Counted from the stretch's first letter, positions 37,535 to 46,603 are shown. The stretch is 64,000 bases of DNA from Armatimonadota bacterium (GCA_039630445.1 JBCNVA010000060.1:204-64203), one strand, 5' to 3'. Made by a program: numbers and translations. The notes: generated from the letters alone by a model not told the origin.

Positions 37535-38663
37535 ATGCTAGACATAAGGAGCATCAGTGAATCGTTGCAGGAGGCACGCCGGCGCCTGACGGCGATCGGG
37601 GAGCATCTTTGACCTCGCAGCGCGGAAATCGGAGCTAACCCGCCTAGAGCGTGAGACGGAAAGCCCCGATTTCTGGGCGGAGCCTGCTCGCGCGCAAGCC
37701 ACCATGCAGCAAATCGCGCGGCTCAAGGCGCGTATCGAACCCTACGAGCAGCTGCTGGCTCAAGCGAAGGAGTGCGAGGAGTGGCTCAGTCTGCTCCAGA
37801 TGGAATACGACGAAGCGACGGCTCGCGAAATCGCGGCGCAGGTGGAGCAGCTCAAGCGCGAGGTCGAAAAGCTCGACCTGCTCACTCTGCTTGGCGGCGA
37901 GTACGACCGCCAGAACGCCATCCTGGAGATCGACGCAGGCGCAGGCGGCACCGAGGCGTGCGACTGGGTGCAGATGCTGTTGCGGATGTACCTGCGCTGG
38001 GCGCAACGGCGGGGCTTCCGCACCGAGATTGTGGACGAAACGCCTGGGAGCGTCGTCGGCTACGCCAGTGTCGGCATTCTGGTTGAAGGTGAGTACGCTT
38101 ACGGACTGCTCAAATCGGAGCATGGGGTACATCGGCTCGTGCGTATCTCACCCTTCGATGCCAGCAGGCGGCGTCATACCTCCTTCGCCCTCGTCGAGGT
38201 GATGCCCCAGATTGAGGAGGCGGAAATCCAGCTCAACCCTGAGGACCTACGCATCGACACCTATCGCGCGAGCGGGCATGGCGGGCAGCATGTGAACAAG
38301 ACCGAATCGGCGGTGCGCATCACCCATATCCCAACGGGCATCACCGCCAGCTGCCAGAACGAGCGCTCGCAGCATCAGAACCGCGCTGTGGCGATGAAGG
38401 TGTTAGCCGCGCGCGTCGCCGAGTACTACCGCCGCCAGCAGGAGCAGAAACTGCAGCAGCTCAAGGGCGAGGTCGTGCCTGCCGAGTGGGGACACCAGAT
38501 CCGCTCCTATGTGCTGCAGCCCTACACGCTGGTCAAAGACCACCGCACCAACTATGAAACCAGCAATGTGCAGGCGGTGCTGGACGGCGAAATCGACGAC
38601 TTCATCGAAGCCTACCTGCGCTGGAACGCTTCGCGCCAGTCCGTCGTAGATATTCATGGATAG
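37535..38663 (+). CDS. prfB: peptide chain release factor 2 (programmed +1 frameshift at 37610)
   Basis: Frame 0: ATG 37535 .. GGG GAG CAT CTT TGA (25 codons, MLDIRSISESLQEARRRLTAIGEHL). A +1 shift onto GAC at 37611 continues as DLAARKSELTRLERETESPDFW.. into the 37704-38663 ORF. SPF and GGQ (SGHGGQHVNKTES) motifs present. Confidence 0.93.
37598..37613 (+). other. prfB +1 frameshift site (internal SD GGGGAG + CTT TGA C)
   Basis: GGGGAG lies 3 nt upstream of the slippery CTT, followed by an in-frame TGA with a C context. This matches the canonical RF2 autoregulatory site. Confidence 0.9.
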
Positions 38664-38692
38664 CGAAGTGGCGAAATGGCGAAGTGGTGAAT
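38661..38692 (-). repeat. phased short-unit array B (reverse orientation)
   Basis: The reverse complement reads attcacc acttcgcc atttcgcc acttcgct. Spans from the prfB stop to the next gene's ATG. Confidence 0.8.
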
Positions 38693-39329
38693 GAGGATGA
38701 GGGTCTGGTTCGTAATAGCCTGGCTGGGAGTAGTTCTGGGTAATGCCATTGCGCAGACCATCCAGCTTTCGAAGGCGGTTTCGATGGAGACCGTGGGCGT
38801 AGGTTCAAACCCCATCGCCCAGACCATCGTGGAAGCCATGCGCTCTGCTACGGACGCCGAGCTGGCGATGTTAGGTGCTGCCTTCTTTGACGAGACAGCT
38901 CAGTTCCCCGCGGGACCGCTATCGGTCGATGCGCTCCTCAAGGCAGTGCGCTACCCCGATGACGAGGTAGTGGTACTGAACCTCACGGGCGAACAGCTGC
39001 TCCAAGCGTTGGAGCGAGCGGCGGAACTCTATCCCCAGAAAAACAATGCCTTTCTGCAGCTGACGGGCGCGGAGGTGCGTTTCGATCCGAAGGCAGCGCC
39101 GGGCAAGCGCATTCAGAGCGTGTTCATCGGTGGGGCGAAGCTCGACCCGAAACGCACCTATCGCGTGGCGACCACGGCGCCGCTGGCACGCGGTGCGCTC
39201 GGCTACTTCCGAATCTGGAGCAAAGAGCAGATCAGCACCAGCACGGGGCGCAGCCTCGCTGAAGTCGTACGCGACTATCTGCAGCGCCCACGCTCCCTCA
39301 TCAGCGAACCTGCCTGGGTCGCCCAATAA
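38691..39329 (+). CDS. secreted 5'-nucleotidase C-terminal-domain-like protein
   Basis: Signal peptide MRMRVWFVIAWLGVVLGNAIAQ. NLTGEQLLQALE and KLDPKRTYRVATT..LARG patterns typical of the 5'-nucleotidase C-terminal substrate domain. Confidence 0.55.
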   Translation: MRMRVWFVIAWLGVVLGNAIAQTIQLSKAVSMETVGVGSNPIAQTIVEAMRSATDAELAMLGAAFFDETAQFPAGPLSVDALLKAVRYPDDEVVVLNLTGEQLLQALERAAELYPQKNNAFLQLTGAEVRFDPKAAPGKRIQSVFIGGAKLDPKRTYRVATTAPLARGALGYFRIWSKEQISTSTGRSLAEVVRDYLQRPRSLISEPAWVAQ

Positions 39330-39337
39330 TTTTGAAC

Positions 39338-39409
39338 CATTCACCACCTCGCTACCTCGCCGTTTCGCTATTTTGCTAATTCGCTATTTCGCCACTTCGC
39401 TACTTCGCA
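39338..39409 (+). repeat. phased 8-bp array C (9 units, A[CT]TTCGC[CT])
   Basis: cattcacc acctcgct acctcgcc gtttcgct attttgct aattcgct atttcgcc acttcgct acttcgca. Exact 8-bp phase. Ends 6 nt before the -10 box of the next gene. Confidence 0.9.
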
Positions 39410-39413
39410 ATCA

Positions 39414-39421
39414 GGTATGAT
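39414..39421 (+). promoter_or_regulatory. candidate -10 element GGTATGAT; downstream gene probably leaderless
   Basis: TATGAT at 39416-39421; 9 nt to ATG 39431. Confidence 0.45.
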
Positions 39422-39430
39422 ATACCTACC

Positions 39431-39946
39431 ATGAACGCACAAGGCAAGCTAACTCCGGCGCAGTGGATTATCGTGCTAATTGTGGGCGGGCCATGCCTTC
39501 TCGGCATCGCCGTGCTAATGTTCCCCACTCCTGCGTGGTCACCATGTAAGGACTCAATCAACAGGGGATGTATAGTCAATCTACATCGGTTAGTGAGGGC
39601 CCAGATAACATACGCCCAGGATTACGACGGCTACCTCCCTGATGCCTCGCGCTGGTGCGATCTCACCCGTCCCTATGTGAGGGATTTCGTTGACCGTGCT
39701 GTTTACCGCTGTCCCGCTGTCCCCCAAGAGCAGGGCTTTGGCTACGCGATGAATGTACACCTCTCGCGCCAGAATTGGGATGCGATTCAGAACCCTATGC
39801 GGACACCCTTGCTCTACGACTCGTCCAATCTGGCGTGGAACACGCATGACCCCTTCACCAGCCTACCCAACCCACCACGCCACGGGCGTCAAGGGAACAC
39901 CATCGCCTTTGCTACTGGGGCTGTGCGCTCGGTTCGCTCGCCCTGA
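39431..39946 (+). CDS. DUF1559/H-X9-DG-like membrane-anchored protein, diverged paralogue A
   Basis: 171 aa. The C-terminal half is about 80% identical to paralogue B. It has lost the FPVFSQARE..CLSNLKQL block and the DGH motif (..AFATGAV..). Confidence 0.6.
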   Translation: MNAQGKLTPAQWIIVLIVGGPCLLGIAVLMFPTPAWSPCKDSINRGCIVNLHRLVRAQITYAQDYDGYLPDASRWCDLTRPYVRDFVDRAVYRCPAVPQEQGFGYAMNVHLSRQNWDAIQNPMRTPLLYDSSNLAWNTHDPFTSLPNPPRHGRQGNTIAFATGAVRSVRSP

Positions 39947-40080
39947 TGGAGCTGCTGCAGGAGTGGGATCGTCAGGTGCTGGATAGCGGTGCGATGGTGC
40001 CGCGGCTGAAGCATCTTGTTCCGCGCCCGCATCCTTCGAACTCGCCTGATGGGCTGGTTGCACCTGATGAGTACCTCTTT
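39946..40080 (+). pseudogene. PAP2 phosphatase remnant (internally deleted, 3'-truncated copy of 40663-41217)
   Basis: MELLQEWDRQVLD|SGAMVPRLKHLVPRPHPSNSPDGLVAPDEYLF matches residues 1-12 and about 65-96 of the full PAP2. It lacks PSGH and SRxxxxxHxxxD and runs into array D. Confidence 0.75.
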
Positions 40081-40126
40081 GTTCGCTATTCACCACTTCA
40101 CCATTTCGCTATTTCGCCACTTCGCT
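40080..40126 (+). repeat. phased 8-bp array D (about 6 units)
   Basis: tgttcgct attcacc acttcacc atttcgct atttcgcc acttcgct. Ends 6 nt before the -10 box. Confidence 0.85.
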
Positions 40127-40130
40127 ATCA

Positions 40131-40138
40131 GGTAGAAT
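40131..40138 (+). promoter_or_regulatory. candidate -10 element GGTAGAAT; downstream gene probably leaderless
   Basis: TAGAAT at 40133-40138; 9 nt to ATG 40148. Confidence 0.45.
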
Positions 40139-40147
40139 AGACTCACT

Positions 40148-40663
40148 ATGAGCACACAAGGTAGGCGGATTCCTGCATGGCTAATTATCCTGCTGGTCGT
40201 GGGCGGGTTATGCCTCCTCGGCATGTGCGTGCTGCTGCCTGCGATTCTGTTCCCCGTCTTTTCGCAGGCACGCGAGGAAGCAAGGAAAACCGTATGTTTG
40301 AGCAACCTGAAGCAGCTGGCGGCTGCCCAGGAGATGTACGCCAACGATCACGACGGTCGCTTCCCTACCGCCTCGCGTTGGAGCGACCTGACCCGCCTCT
40401 ATGTGGCGAATCCAGAGACCTACCGCTGCCCTTCCGTGCCTCAAGAGCGGGGCTTCGGCTATGCGATGAATGTGCGCCTCTCGCGTCAGAAGCGGGAGGC
40501 GATTCAGGATCCCTCGCAAACACCCTTGCTCTACGATTCGTCCAATCTGGCGTGGAACGCGCATGACCCCTTCACCAGCCTGCCCAACCCACCACGACAT
40601 GGGCGCGAAGTAAATAATATCGCCTTTGCCGATGGGCACTCGAAATCAGTTCGTTCGCCCTAA
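40148..40663 (+). CDS. DUF1559/H-X9-DG-like membrane-anchored protein, paralogue B
   Basis: N-terminal TM, then FPVFSQAREEARKTVCLSNLKQLAAAQEMYANDHDG. C-terminal HGREVNNIAFADGHSKSV (H-Xn-DGH motif). No prepilin G/FTLIE cleavage motif. Confidence 0.7.
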   Translation: MSTQGRRIPAWLIILLVVGGLCLLGMCVLLPAILFPVFSQAREEARKTVCLSNLKQLAAAQEMYANDHDGRFPTASRWSDLTRLYVANPETYRCPSVPQERGFGYAMNVRLSRQKREAIQDPSQTPLLYDSSNLAWNAHDPFTSLPNPPRHGREVNNIAFADGHSKSVRSP

Positions 40664-41217
40664 TGGAGCTGCTGCAGGAGTGGGATTGTCAGGCGCTGTA
40701 TGCGGTCAATCACGGATTGCACCATCCGTGGCTCAGCCCACTGATGTGGCTGTTCACCTCGCTGGGTCTGGGTTGGGTGCAGCTCCTGTTGTTGCTGGGT
40801 GCGACGCTGGTGTTGCGCTGGCAGCGTCGCTGGCGGCTGGTGTTCCTGCCGGGCGTTGTCGCCTGGCTGGGGAGTGGCGCGACGGTGCAGCTGTTGAAGC
40901 ATCTGGTGCCGCGTCCGCGTCCTTCGAACCTGCCTGATGTGCTGGTTGCGCCTGATGAGCGCATCTTTGCCCGCTCGTTTCCGTCGGGGCACACGGCGAC
41001 AGCGTTCGCGCTGGCATGCTGGCTCTGGCTGATGGTGCGCGGCACGCGCTACCGATGGCTGGGCTGGCTCGGCTGGTTGCTGGCAGCGCTGGTAGGACTC
41101 TCGCGCGTCTATCGGGGCGTGCATTACCCCTCCGATGTGCTAGTGGGAGCAGCTATTGGCATTCTGTGGGGAGCGATCGCCTTCGTATGGCTCAATCGCT
41201 CCCCTACCCATGCTTGA
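40663..41217 (+). CDS. PAP2-family phosphatase (undecaprenyl-diphosphatase-like)
   Basis: KHLVPRPRP, PSGH and SRVYRGVHYPSD motifs; multi-TM. The ATG overlaps the upstream TAA by 1 nt. Confidence 0.85.
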   Translation: MELLQEWDCQALYAVNHGLHHPWLSPLMWLFTSLGLGWVQLLLLLGATLVLRWQRRWRLVFLPGVVAWLGSGATVQLLKHLVPRPRPSNLPDVLVAPDERIFARSFPSGHTATAFALACWLWLMVRGTRYRWLGWLGWLLAALVGLSRVYRGVHYPSDVLVGAAIGILWGAIAFVWLNRSPTHA

Positions 41218-41262
41218 TTTTGGCAGGGTACGACGGCATGCTTACGCCATCGCACCCTTACC

Positions 41263-43809
41263 TTATGGGCAGACGATGCGCCGAATCACCACATGGTCCA
41301 CACCCGCTTCGCAGATAGAGTCGTTGGGGTTGTCTGCCGTGCCGAAGCGGATGCGCACCTGCGCAGTGGGCGTCACATAGTCGCCTATGCGGAAGATGCG
41401 CCGCACCCACTGGTTCTCGCTCCCTGTGAAGGTCACGGTCTCCACGCGCGTCCATGTGGCACCGTTGTTATTGGAGACCTCCACAAAGAAGGTGTCGTTG
41501 ACCGTTGTGCCGTTGTAGAACCAGCGGTAGTATTCCACAAAGGCGTCGCTGCCCTGCAGATTGATCACGGGCGAGATGAGGTAGGTCGGTCCGCCGTCCA
41601 CATCGGCTTCACCTACCGAGCCACCCACGCTGCCTTGACCTGTGAAGAAGCAGCGGGAACCCGCATCGGGCGAATCGCTGCCCGGGTTAGCGGCTCGTCC
41701 ATCCTGACTGGTGCCGCGTGGGATGTCGCGTGTCCATGCCCCTGCCGTCAGGTTCTGGTTCTGCACCGTCCAGCCGAGGTCCGTCTCTGCAGTATCCTCA
41801 AACGCGATGACCAGTTCGGAGGCAACCAACACTGTGAGGGGCGCGTTTTGACCTCCACGCGGATAGTAGGTCACCCGTCCCTGCGTATCGAACGCCTCGA
41901 TGTAGTAGCGCACCGTGCTGCCGCAAGCGGGCACGGGCACCGCCGCGATGAACCGATCGCCGCTCATCCAGCGCATCGGGATCTGCTGATAGGCTCCGCG
42001 ATTGACAGAGTAGCGCAGGAACACCCGGTTGCGATCCAACTGACCTACCAAGTTCGACACGCGCACCACGAAGCGCATCAGAGGCAGCAGGTTATCTCGC
42101 GACGGCGCAACGATCAAATCGGGCAACTGCAACGGATCGATGCGGAGCCAACCGATTTGCGGTGCAGGCAGGTTATGGCGCGAGAAACCCTCGTTAATCT
42201 GGAAGTAGTGTGGCGTGCCGTTGTAGATGTCGTTGTCGTCATCGTCCAGCGTTAGCACATCGATGGTGATTTGGGGGGTGATGCCGCTGGGACGCAGCAA
42301 GATGCTGTTGAGATACCACTCGCGCACCTTCTGCAGCGCGAAGGCGGGATTGTTGCTGTACCGCTGGCGCATTGAGAGATAGGTCTGCCAGAACGCGCCG
42401 CTCAGCACCTGCCCGCAGTAATGCACCCCACCCGAGCAGGGATAGGTCACATTGTTGACGGCATTTCGGAGACAACCCGTGCCGATGCCGCGGAACTCGA
42501 TCGCCAGACAGGGATCCGCCGTCAGCAACGCAGCCGTTGTATCCGCCATGCCCTCATGATAGTCGCCCGAAGCGTTCGGATGCCCCATATGGATGATAAA
42601 GTGCCCATACTCGTGATAGATCACCGTGGAGTATGCCGTGTTCACGCAGCCACCGCCCGCACGATAGAAATTGATGGTTCGGTTGGTGTAGTAGGCGTTG
42701 CAGGTACTGTTGATGTTCACATTGCAGGGGATGGCATAGTCCACGCCCGGATAGCTGGGATTGATCGCCTTGACGAAATCGTGGACAATCGTGGTATGCA
42801 GAAAGCCGTTCACTTGCGCTGTGTTGAACTCCACCTGCTCGTTGTTGAAGATGAAATTGGCAGGCCCGGGAGGCGTCACGGTTTGCTGCAGGGAGAGGGT
42901 TGTGCCAGCTTGATTGGCGACCTGTACCCATGGTCCAACCAGGTCCGCCTGCACTGTTGCCTGCCCACTCCCGCTGAAAGGCAAGGTGAAGAAGCCAGCG
43001 GGATCGGTCAGCACGCTGGAACCACCGACGAGCGTCATGCGCAGCTGGTGCATCGGCTGCAACACGGGCGGATTCTGGCTGTGGTCAGGTCGCAAGCCGG
43101 GCGTCGCATAGCCCTGCACACGCCCCCTAATCTCCGAAAAGTAGACCTCCGAGCGCCACTCCAACACCGTCCCCTTATGCGCGTCCACGAACACGCGGTA
43201 GCGCTCGGGGTGCTCCAGCCGACGCGCATCCATGGTCAGCACCCACGCCAGATGGGTGCGCTCCTCACCAGGATAAATCACCAGTTCGGGTTTCGTCTCC
43301 TGATGCAGATCCGGGCGAAGCTTGCGGACGATCTCGCTCACCTGCTCTGCCGTCACACTTGGCTTGAGTGAGACCGGTTCCACGAAGCGTACCGCGTTGC
43401 TTGCCAGTACCAGCGGGTGATCAGGTGCATTCCGCACCAGCAGGGTCAACTCCCCACGATCCACGGGGATACCTTGCACCTGCTGCTGGAAGTAGACCGC
43501 AGTGAAGCGTGGCGGCATTACCTCCTGAGTGCCAGCCAGCACTAGCTCGCTGGCGCCAGGGGTGAACAGCCCGCTGTATCGGGCGACAAAAGCGAGCGCC
43601 GAGTCGATGGGCGACGAGCCATAGCCAAATGGCACGCCCCAAACGCGACGAATAGTGGAGCCTTCCTCATACAGCAAGACGCCCGGCGCCTCTTTTCGCA
43701 ACTGCTCTGCAAGCTGCTTTTGTAGCTGCATCGCCTCAGGTGTTTGTGCCCATCCTACCGCGCCGAGCAACAAAATCAACAACATCAGTACGAACAGTCG
43801 CTTTACCAT
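41263..43809 (-). CDS. secreted zinc metalloprotease (HEXXH) with propeptide and C-terminal beta-sandwich domains
   Basis: Signal peptide MVKRLFVLMLLILLLGAVGWAQ. HEXXH in VIYHEYGHFIIH. Large thermolysin/fungalysin-like N-terminal half. C-terminal MAM/choice-of-anchor-like module. Confidence 0.75.
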   Translation of the reverse strand: MVKRLFVLMLLILLLGAVGWAQTPEAMQLQKQLAEQLRKEAPGVLLYEEGSTIRRVWGVPFGYGSSPIDSALAFVARYSGLFTPGASELVLAGTQEVMPPRFTAVYFQQQVQGIPVDRGELTLLVRNAPDHPLVLASNAVRFVEPVSLKPSVTAEQVSEIVRKLRPDLHQETKPELVIYPGEERTHLAWVLTMDARRLEHPERYRVFVDAHKGTVLEWRSEVYFSEIRGRVQGYATPGLRPDHSQNPPVLQPMHQLRMTLVGGSSVLTDPAGFFTLPFSGSGQATVQADLVGPWVQVANQAGTTLSLQQTVTPPGPANFIFNNEQVEFNTAQVNGFLHTTIVHDFVKAINPSYPGVDYAIPCNVNINSTCNAYYTNRTINFYRAGGGCVNTAYSTVIYHEYGHFIIHMGHPNASGDYHEGMADTTAALLTADPCLAIEFRGIGTGCLRNAVNNVTYPCSGGVHYCGQVLSGAFWQTYLSMRQRYSNNPAFALQKVREWYLNSILLRPSGITPQITIDVLTLDDDDNDIYNGTPHYFQINEGFSRHNLPAPQIGWLRIDPLQLPDLIVAPSRDNLLPLMRFVVRVSNLVGQLDRNRVFLRYSVNRGAYQQIPMRWMSGDRFIAAVPVPACGSTVRYYIEAFDTQGRVTYYPRGGQNAPLTVLVASELVIAFEDTAETDLGWTVQNQNLTAGAWTRDIPRGTSQDGRAANPGSDSPDAGSRCFFTGQGSVGGSVGEADVDGGPTYLISPVINLQGSDAFVEYYRWFYNGTTVNDTFFVEVSNNNGATWTRVETVTFTGSENQWVRRIFRIGDYVTPTAQVRIRFGTADNPNDSICEAGVDHVVIRRIVCP

Positions 43810-43897
43810 GTCATGCCCTCCATGTATGGATTATACACTCATTTCGCCAGGCAAAGGGTAAAATCCTTCTATCGCCCTCGCGTCGGATGTGCGAATA

Positions 43898-43906
43898 GGG
43901 TACAAT
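43898..43906 (+). promoter_or_regulatory. candidate -10 element GGGTACAAT for the rpmH operon
   Basis: 25 nt upstream of ATG 43932; GGAGGAGG SD in between. Confidence 0.45.
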
Positions 43907-43931
43907 CAAGGCTAACGGAGGAGGACAGCGG

Positions 43932-44069
43932 ATGAAGCGCACTTATCAACCGAACAATCGGCATCGCCACAAGGTTCACGGTTTTCGGCGGCGGATGCGC
44001 AGTCGGGATGGGCAAAATGTGCTGAAGCGGCGGCGGCTCAAGGGGCGCTGGCGCCTGACGGTCGACTAA
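43932..44069 (+). CDS. rpmH: 50S ribosomal protein L34
   Basis: 45-aa ORF below the ORF-track cutoff: [45 protein letters not shown]. Confidence 0.95.
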   Translation: MKRTYQPNNRHRHKVHGFRRRMRSRDGQNVLKRRRLKGRWRLTVD

Positions 44070-44426
44070 ATGTTGCCGCGTCGCGCACGCCTGCGCAAAC
44101 GCCACGCTTTCGAGCGTGTTTTTCAGCAGGGGAGACGGGTACGAATGGCGACCTTTACACTGTATGCGTATCTTCGCGAAGACGATCAGCCGAGTCGTGT
44201 CGGCATCGTGGCGGGGCGACAGTTCGAAAGCCCTGTGCGTCGCCATCGGGCGAAGCGTCGCCTGCGTGCGGCTTGCCATGCGCTCTGGTCGCGTATAGCC
44301 CCGGGCTACGATCTGGTGCTGGTGGCACACAAGCCTGTGCTCCATGCGCCCTTTGAGCAGATTCAGCACCAACTTATAGAGGCACTCACCCAGCTGGGCG
44401 TTCTCAAGGAGGGAGGGGTCTCATGA
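44070..44426 (+). CDS. rnpA: ribonuclease P protein component
   Basis: 118 aa, basic. [12 protein letters not shown].., [12 protein letters not shown]. Starts immediately after the rpmH TAA. Confidence 0.9.
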   Translation: MLPRRARLRKRHAFERVFQQGRRVRMATFTLYAYLREDDQPSRVGIVAGRQFESPVRRHRAKRRLRAACHALWSRIAPGYDLVLVAHKPVLHAPFEQIQHQLIEALTQLGVLKEGGVS

Positions 44427-44692
44427 GCCAGCAAACTCAACCAGGCTTGCTCGCGCGTGCCCTGATGGGCGTCATCCGCCTGTATCAGCGCGTATCGCGC
44501 CTGAAGCCGCCTGTTTGCCGTTTCTACCCCAGCTGCTCGCAATATACCTATGAGGCGATTCAGCGGTTTGGTGCGTGGCGCGGGCTGTGGCTGGGTCTAA
44601 AACGCCTGCTGCGCTGCCACCCATTCCATCCCGGAGGCTACGACCCCGTGCCTGAGCCTGACACCTGCAAAGGGGTTTATCAAACGAAGTGA
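44423..44692 (+). CDS. yidD: membrane protein insertion efficiency factor YidD
   Basis: [21 protein letters not shown]...[17 protein letters not shown]. Confidence 0.9.
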   Translation: MSQQTQPGLLARALMGVIRLYQRVSRLKPPVCRFYPSCSQYTYEAIQRFGAWRGLWLGLKRLLRCHPFHPGGYDPVPEPDTCKGVYQTK

Positions 44693-44704
44693 GGGATTGA
44701 ATCG

Positions 44705-45871
44705 ATGGCGCAGGAACCAATTGACCAGAAAAAGCTGTTTGTGCAGACGATGCTCATCGCGATGGTTATCTGGCTCCTGTTGCTGATGGGCTGGGTTTAT
44801 CTCACGCAGCCACCTGTTAGCGACAAGAAGCCGGAGCAGCTCGTCGAAGAGATCAAGAAGCTGCGCGCCGACAAAGATTATGTGGAAGCGATGCGCCGCT
44901 GCCACGAACTGAGCAGCCGTTTTCAGGGAACCGAATACGGCGCGCTCGGACTGCTGCTCGAAGCCCAAATCTACTACGAGAACAAAAAAGACCCACAAGA
45001 GGCACTCAACACCTTGCGACGACTGGAGGAGTTCTACCCCCACACACAGGTCTATCGCGCGCAGGGACGCGCCCTTCAGGAGAAGGTGGAGCGTGAGATT
45101 GATCAATACAATCGCCAGTTCTGGTCATATCAGGTCATCAATTGGCTGGTTAGACTGTTCGGGCGGTCTGATGCTAGCTATGTGCTGGCGATCCTGGTGA
45201 TTGCTGTTCTGGTGCGGTTGCTGCTGTTGCCGCTCTCTGAGCGCCAGTTCGCCAGCATGCGCAAGATGGCGCAGCTGATGCCGAAGCTGCAGGAGCTGCA
45301 GGCGAAATACGCGGGCGAGGAGCTGATGCGCCGCCAGATGGATCTGTACAAGCAGTATGGGGTCAACCCCATGTCGGGCTGCTTCTACGCGCTGCTTCCT
45401 ATCCCCTTCCTCATCTGGGTCTACAACATGATTCTGCTCTATCAGGTGCAGTTTAAGCAGGGGCATTTTCTGTGGATGAACCCAGAGATGGGGCTGCGTT
45501 TTCCGGGGCTGGTCGCCTCCCATCTGGCGCAGTTCGACGCGCTGCTGACGGTGCTATACGCCATTAGTATGTACATTAGCAGTCGCCTCATGATTACCGA
45601 CCCGTCGCAGGCGCAGATGCAGAAGATGATGGCGGTTATAACTACTGTGATGTTCTTTATTATCTCATGGCAGTTTCGCTTCCCTGCCGCCTTCATCCTC
45701 TACTGGATGCTGACCAACATTCTCTACACGCTCCACTATAAGCTTGCCATGAGTCGTCCCGCACCTGCACTGGAGCCGATGGAACCGACGAGTGCGCCAA
45801 CAGACCGCCTTGCCCTTGACGGGCGCAAGCCCCGCTATCAACCGCCCAAAAAGCGATCGAAGCGCCGATAA
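44705..45871 (+). CDS. yidC: membrane protein insertase YidC/Oxa1 family
   Basis: N-terminal TM plus periplasmic helical region. Core ILVIAVLVRLLLLPLS..Q..SM.KM..L.P....LQ.KY; five-TM insertase domain; basic tail. Confidence 0.9.
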   Translation: MAQEPIDQKKLFVQTMLIAMVIWLLLLMGWVYLTQPPVSDKKPEQLVEEIKKLRADKDYVEAMRRCHELSSRFQGTEYGALGLLLEAQIYYENKKDPQEALNTLRRLEEFYPHTQVYRAQGRALQEKVEREIDQYNRQFWSYQVINWLVRLFGRSDASYVLAILVIAVLVRLLLLPLSERQFASMRKMAQLMPKLQELQAKYAGEELMRRQMDLYKQYGVNPMSGCFYALLPIPFLIWVYNMILLYQVQFKQGHFLWMNPEMGLRFPGLVASHLAQFDALLTVLYAISMYISSRLMITDPSQAQMQKMMAVITTVMFFIISWQFRFPAAFILYWMLTNILYTLHYKLAMSRPAPALEPMEPTSAPTDRLALDGRKPRYQPPKKRSKRR

Positions 45872-45885
45872 GGAGGGATCTATTG

Positions 45886-46563
45886 ATGACATCGGTCGAA
45901 GCGACAGGCAATACTGTAGAAGAGGCAAAGCGCAAAGCGCTGGAGCAGTTAGGTGTATCCGATGAGAGTCGAGTGGAATTCGTGGTGCTGGATGAGGGCA
46001 AAAAGAGTCTGCTGGGCATTCTGGTCTCACCCGCCCGTGTGCGCGCTACCCTAATCCCATCCACTGAAAGCCAGCCGCTGACGGAAATGGAGACCGTCCC
46101 TCCGGAGGTGGCGCGTCAAGTAGCCGAATATGTGGACAAGTTGCTGCGCCAGTTGCGCCTGAATGTACAGGCGGTGCTGCGCGGCACGCACGGACGCTAT
46201 GTCGAGATCGAAATGGTCGGGCGCGATGTGCCTGTGCTGGTCGGCAAAAACGGGGAGGTCATCAACGCCCTCCAGTTCCTGCTTAATCTGATTGTGCCGA
46301 AAGCGACAGGATACGAGAATGTGCGCCTCGTGCTGGACGGTGCGGGCTGGCGACGACGCCGCACTGAACGCCTGCGCAATCAGGTCATCGCCATCGCCAA
46401 CGAGGTCAAAAAGCGACGCGAGGAAGCCGTCCTCCCGCCCATGCCCCCCCACGAGCGACGCATCGTGCATCAGGCGCTCAAGGATGACCCCGAAGTCTAC
46501 ACCTACAGCGAGGGCGAGGAGCCAAATCGATATGTGGTCATCTCGCCGCGCGAACCTGCGTAG
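45886..46563 (+). CDS. jag: RNA-binding protein Jag/KhpB (Jag_N-KH-R3H)
   Basis: Jag_N (EATGNTVEEAKRKALEQLGV), KH (GKNGEVINALQFLLN), R3H (MPPHERRIVHQAL). Confidence 0.85.
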   Translation: MTSVEATGNTVEEAKRKALEQLGVSDESRVEFVVLDEGKKSLLGILVSPARVRATLIPSTESQPLTEMETVPPEVARQVAEYVDKLLRQLRLNVQAVLRGTHGRYVEIEMVGRDVPVLVGKNGEVINALQFLLNLIVPKATGYENVRLVLDGAGWRRRRTERLRNQVIAIANEVKKRREEAVLPPMPPHERRIVHQALKDDPEVYTYSEGEEPNRYVVISPREPA

Positions 46564-46603
46564 CGTAATATTCTGAAAACCCCCTTTGGCATAAGCACCG
46601 CTT

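Noticed and set aside
41293-43371. Two plus-strand ORFs of 320 and 316 aa
   Set aside because: They are antisense to the 848-aa HEXXH protease, which has a signal peptide and an active-site motif. Arg/His-rich shadow frames.
43810-43931. Replication origin next to the rpmH-rnpA-yidD-yidC-jag cluster
   Set aside because: No dnaA or dnaN gene is adjacent. The 122-bp spacer has no cluster of TTATCCACA-like boxes or an AT-rich unwinding element. Isolated 8/9 matches (about 2690 and 53037) lie inside genes.
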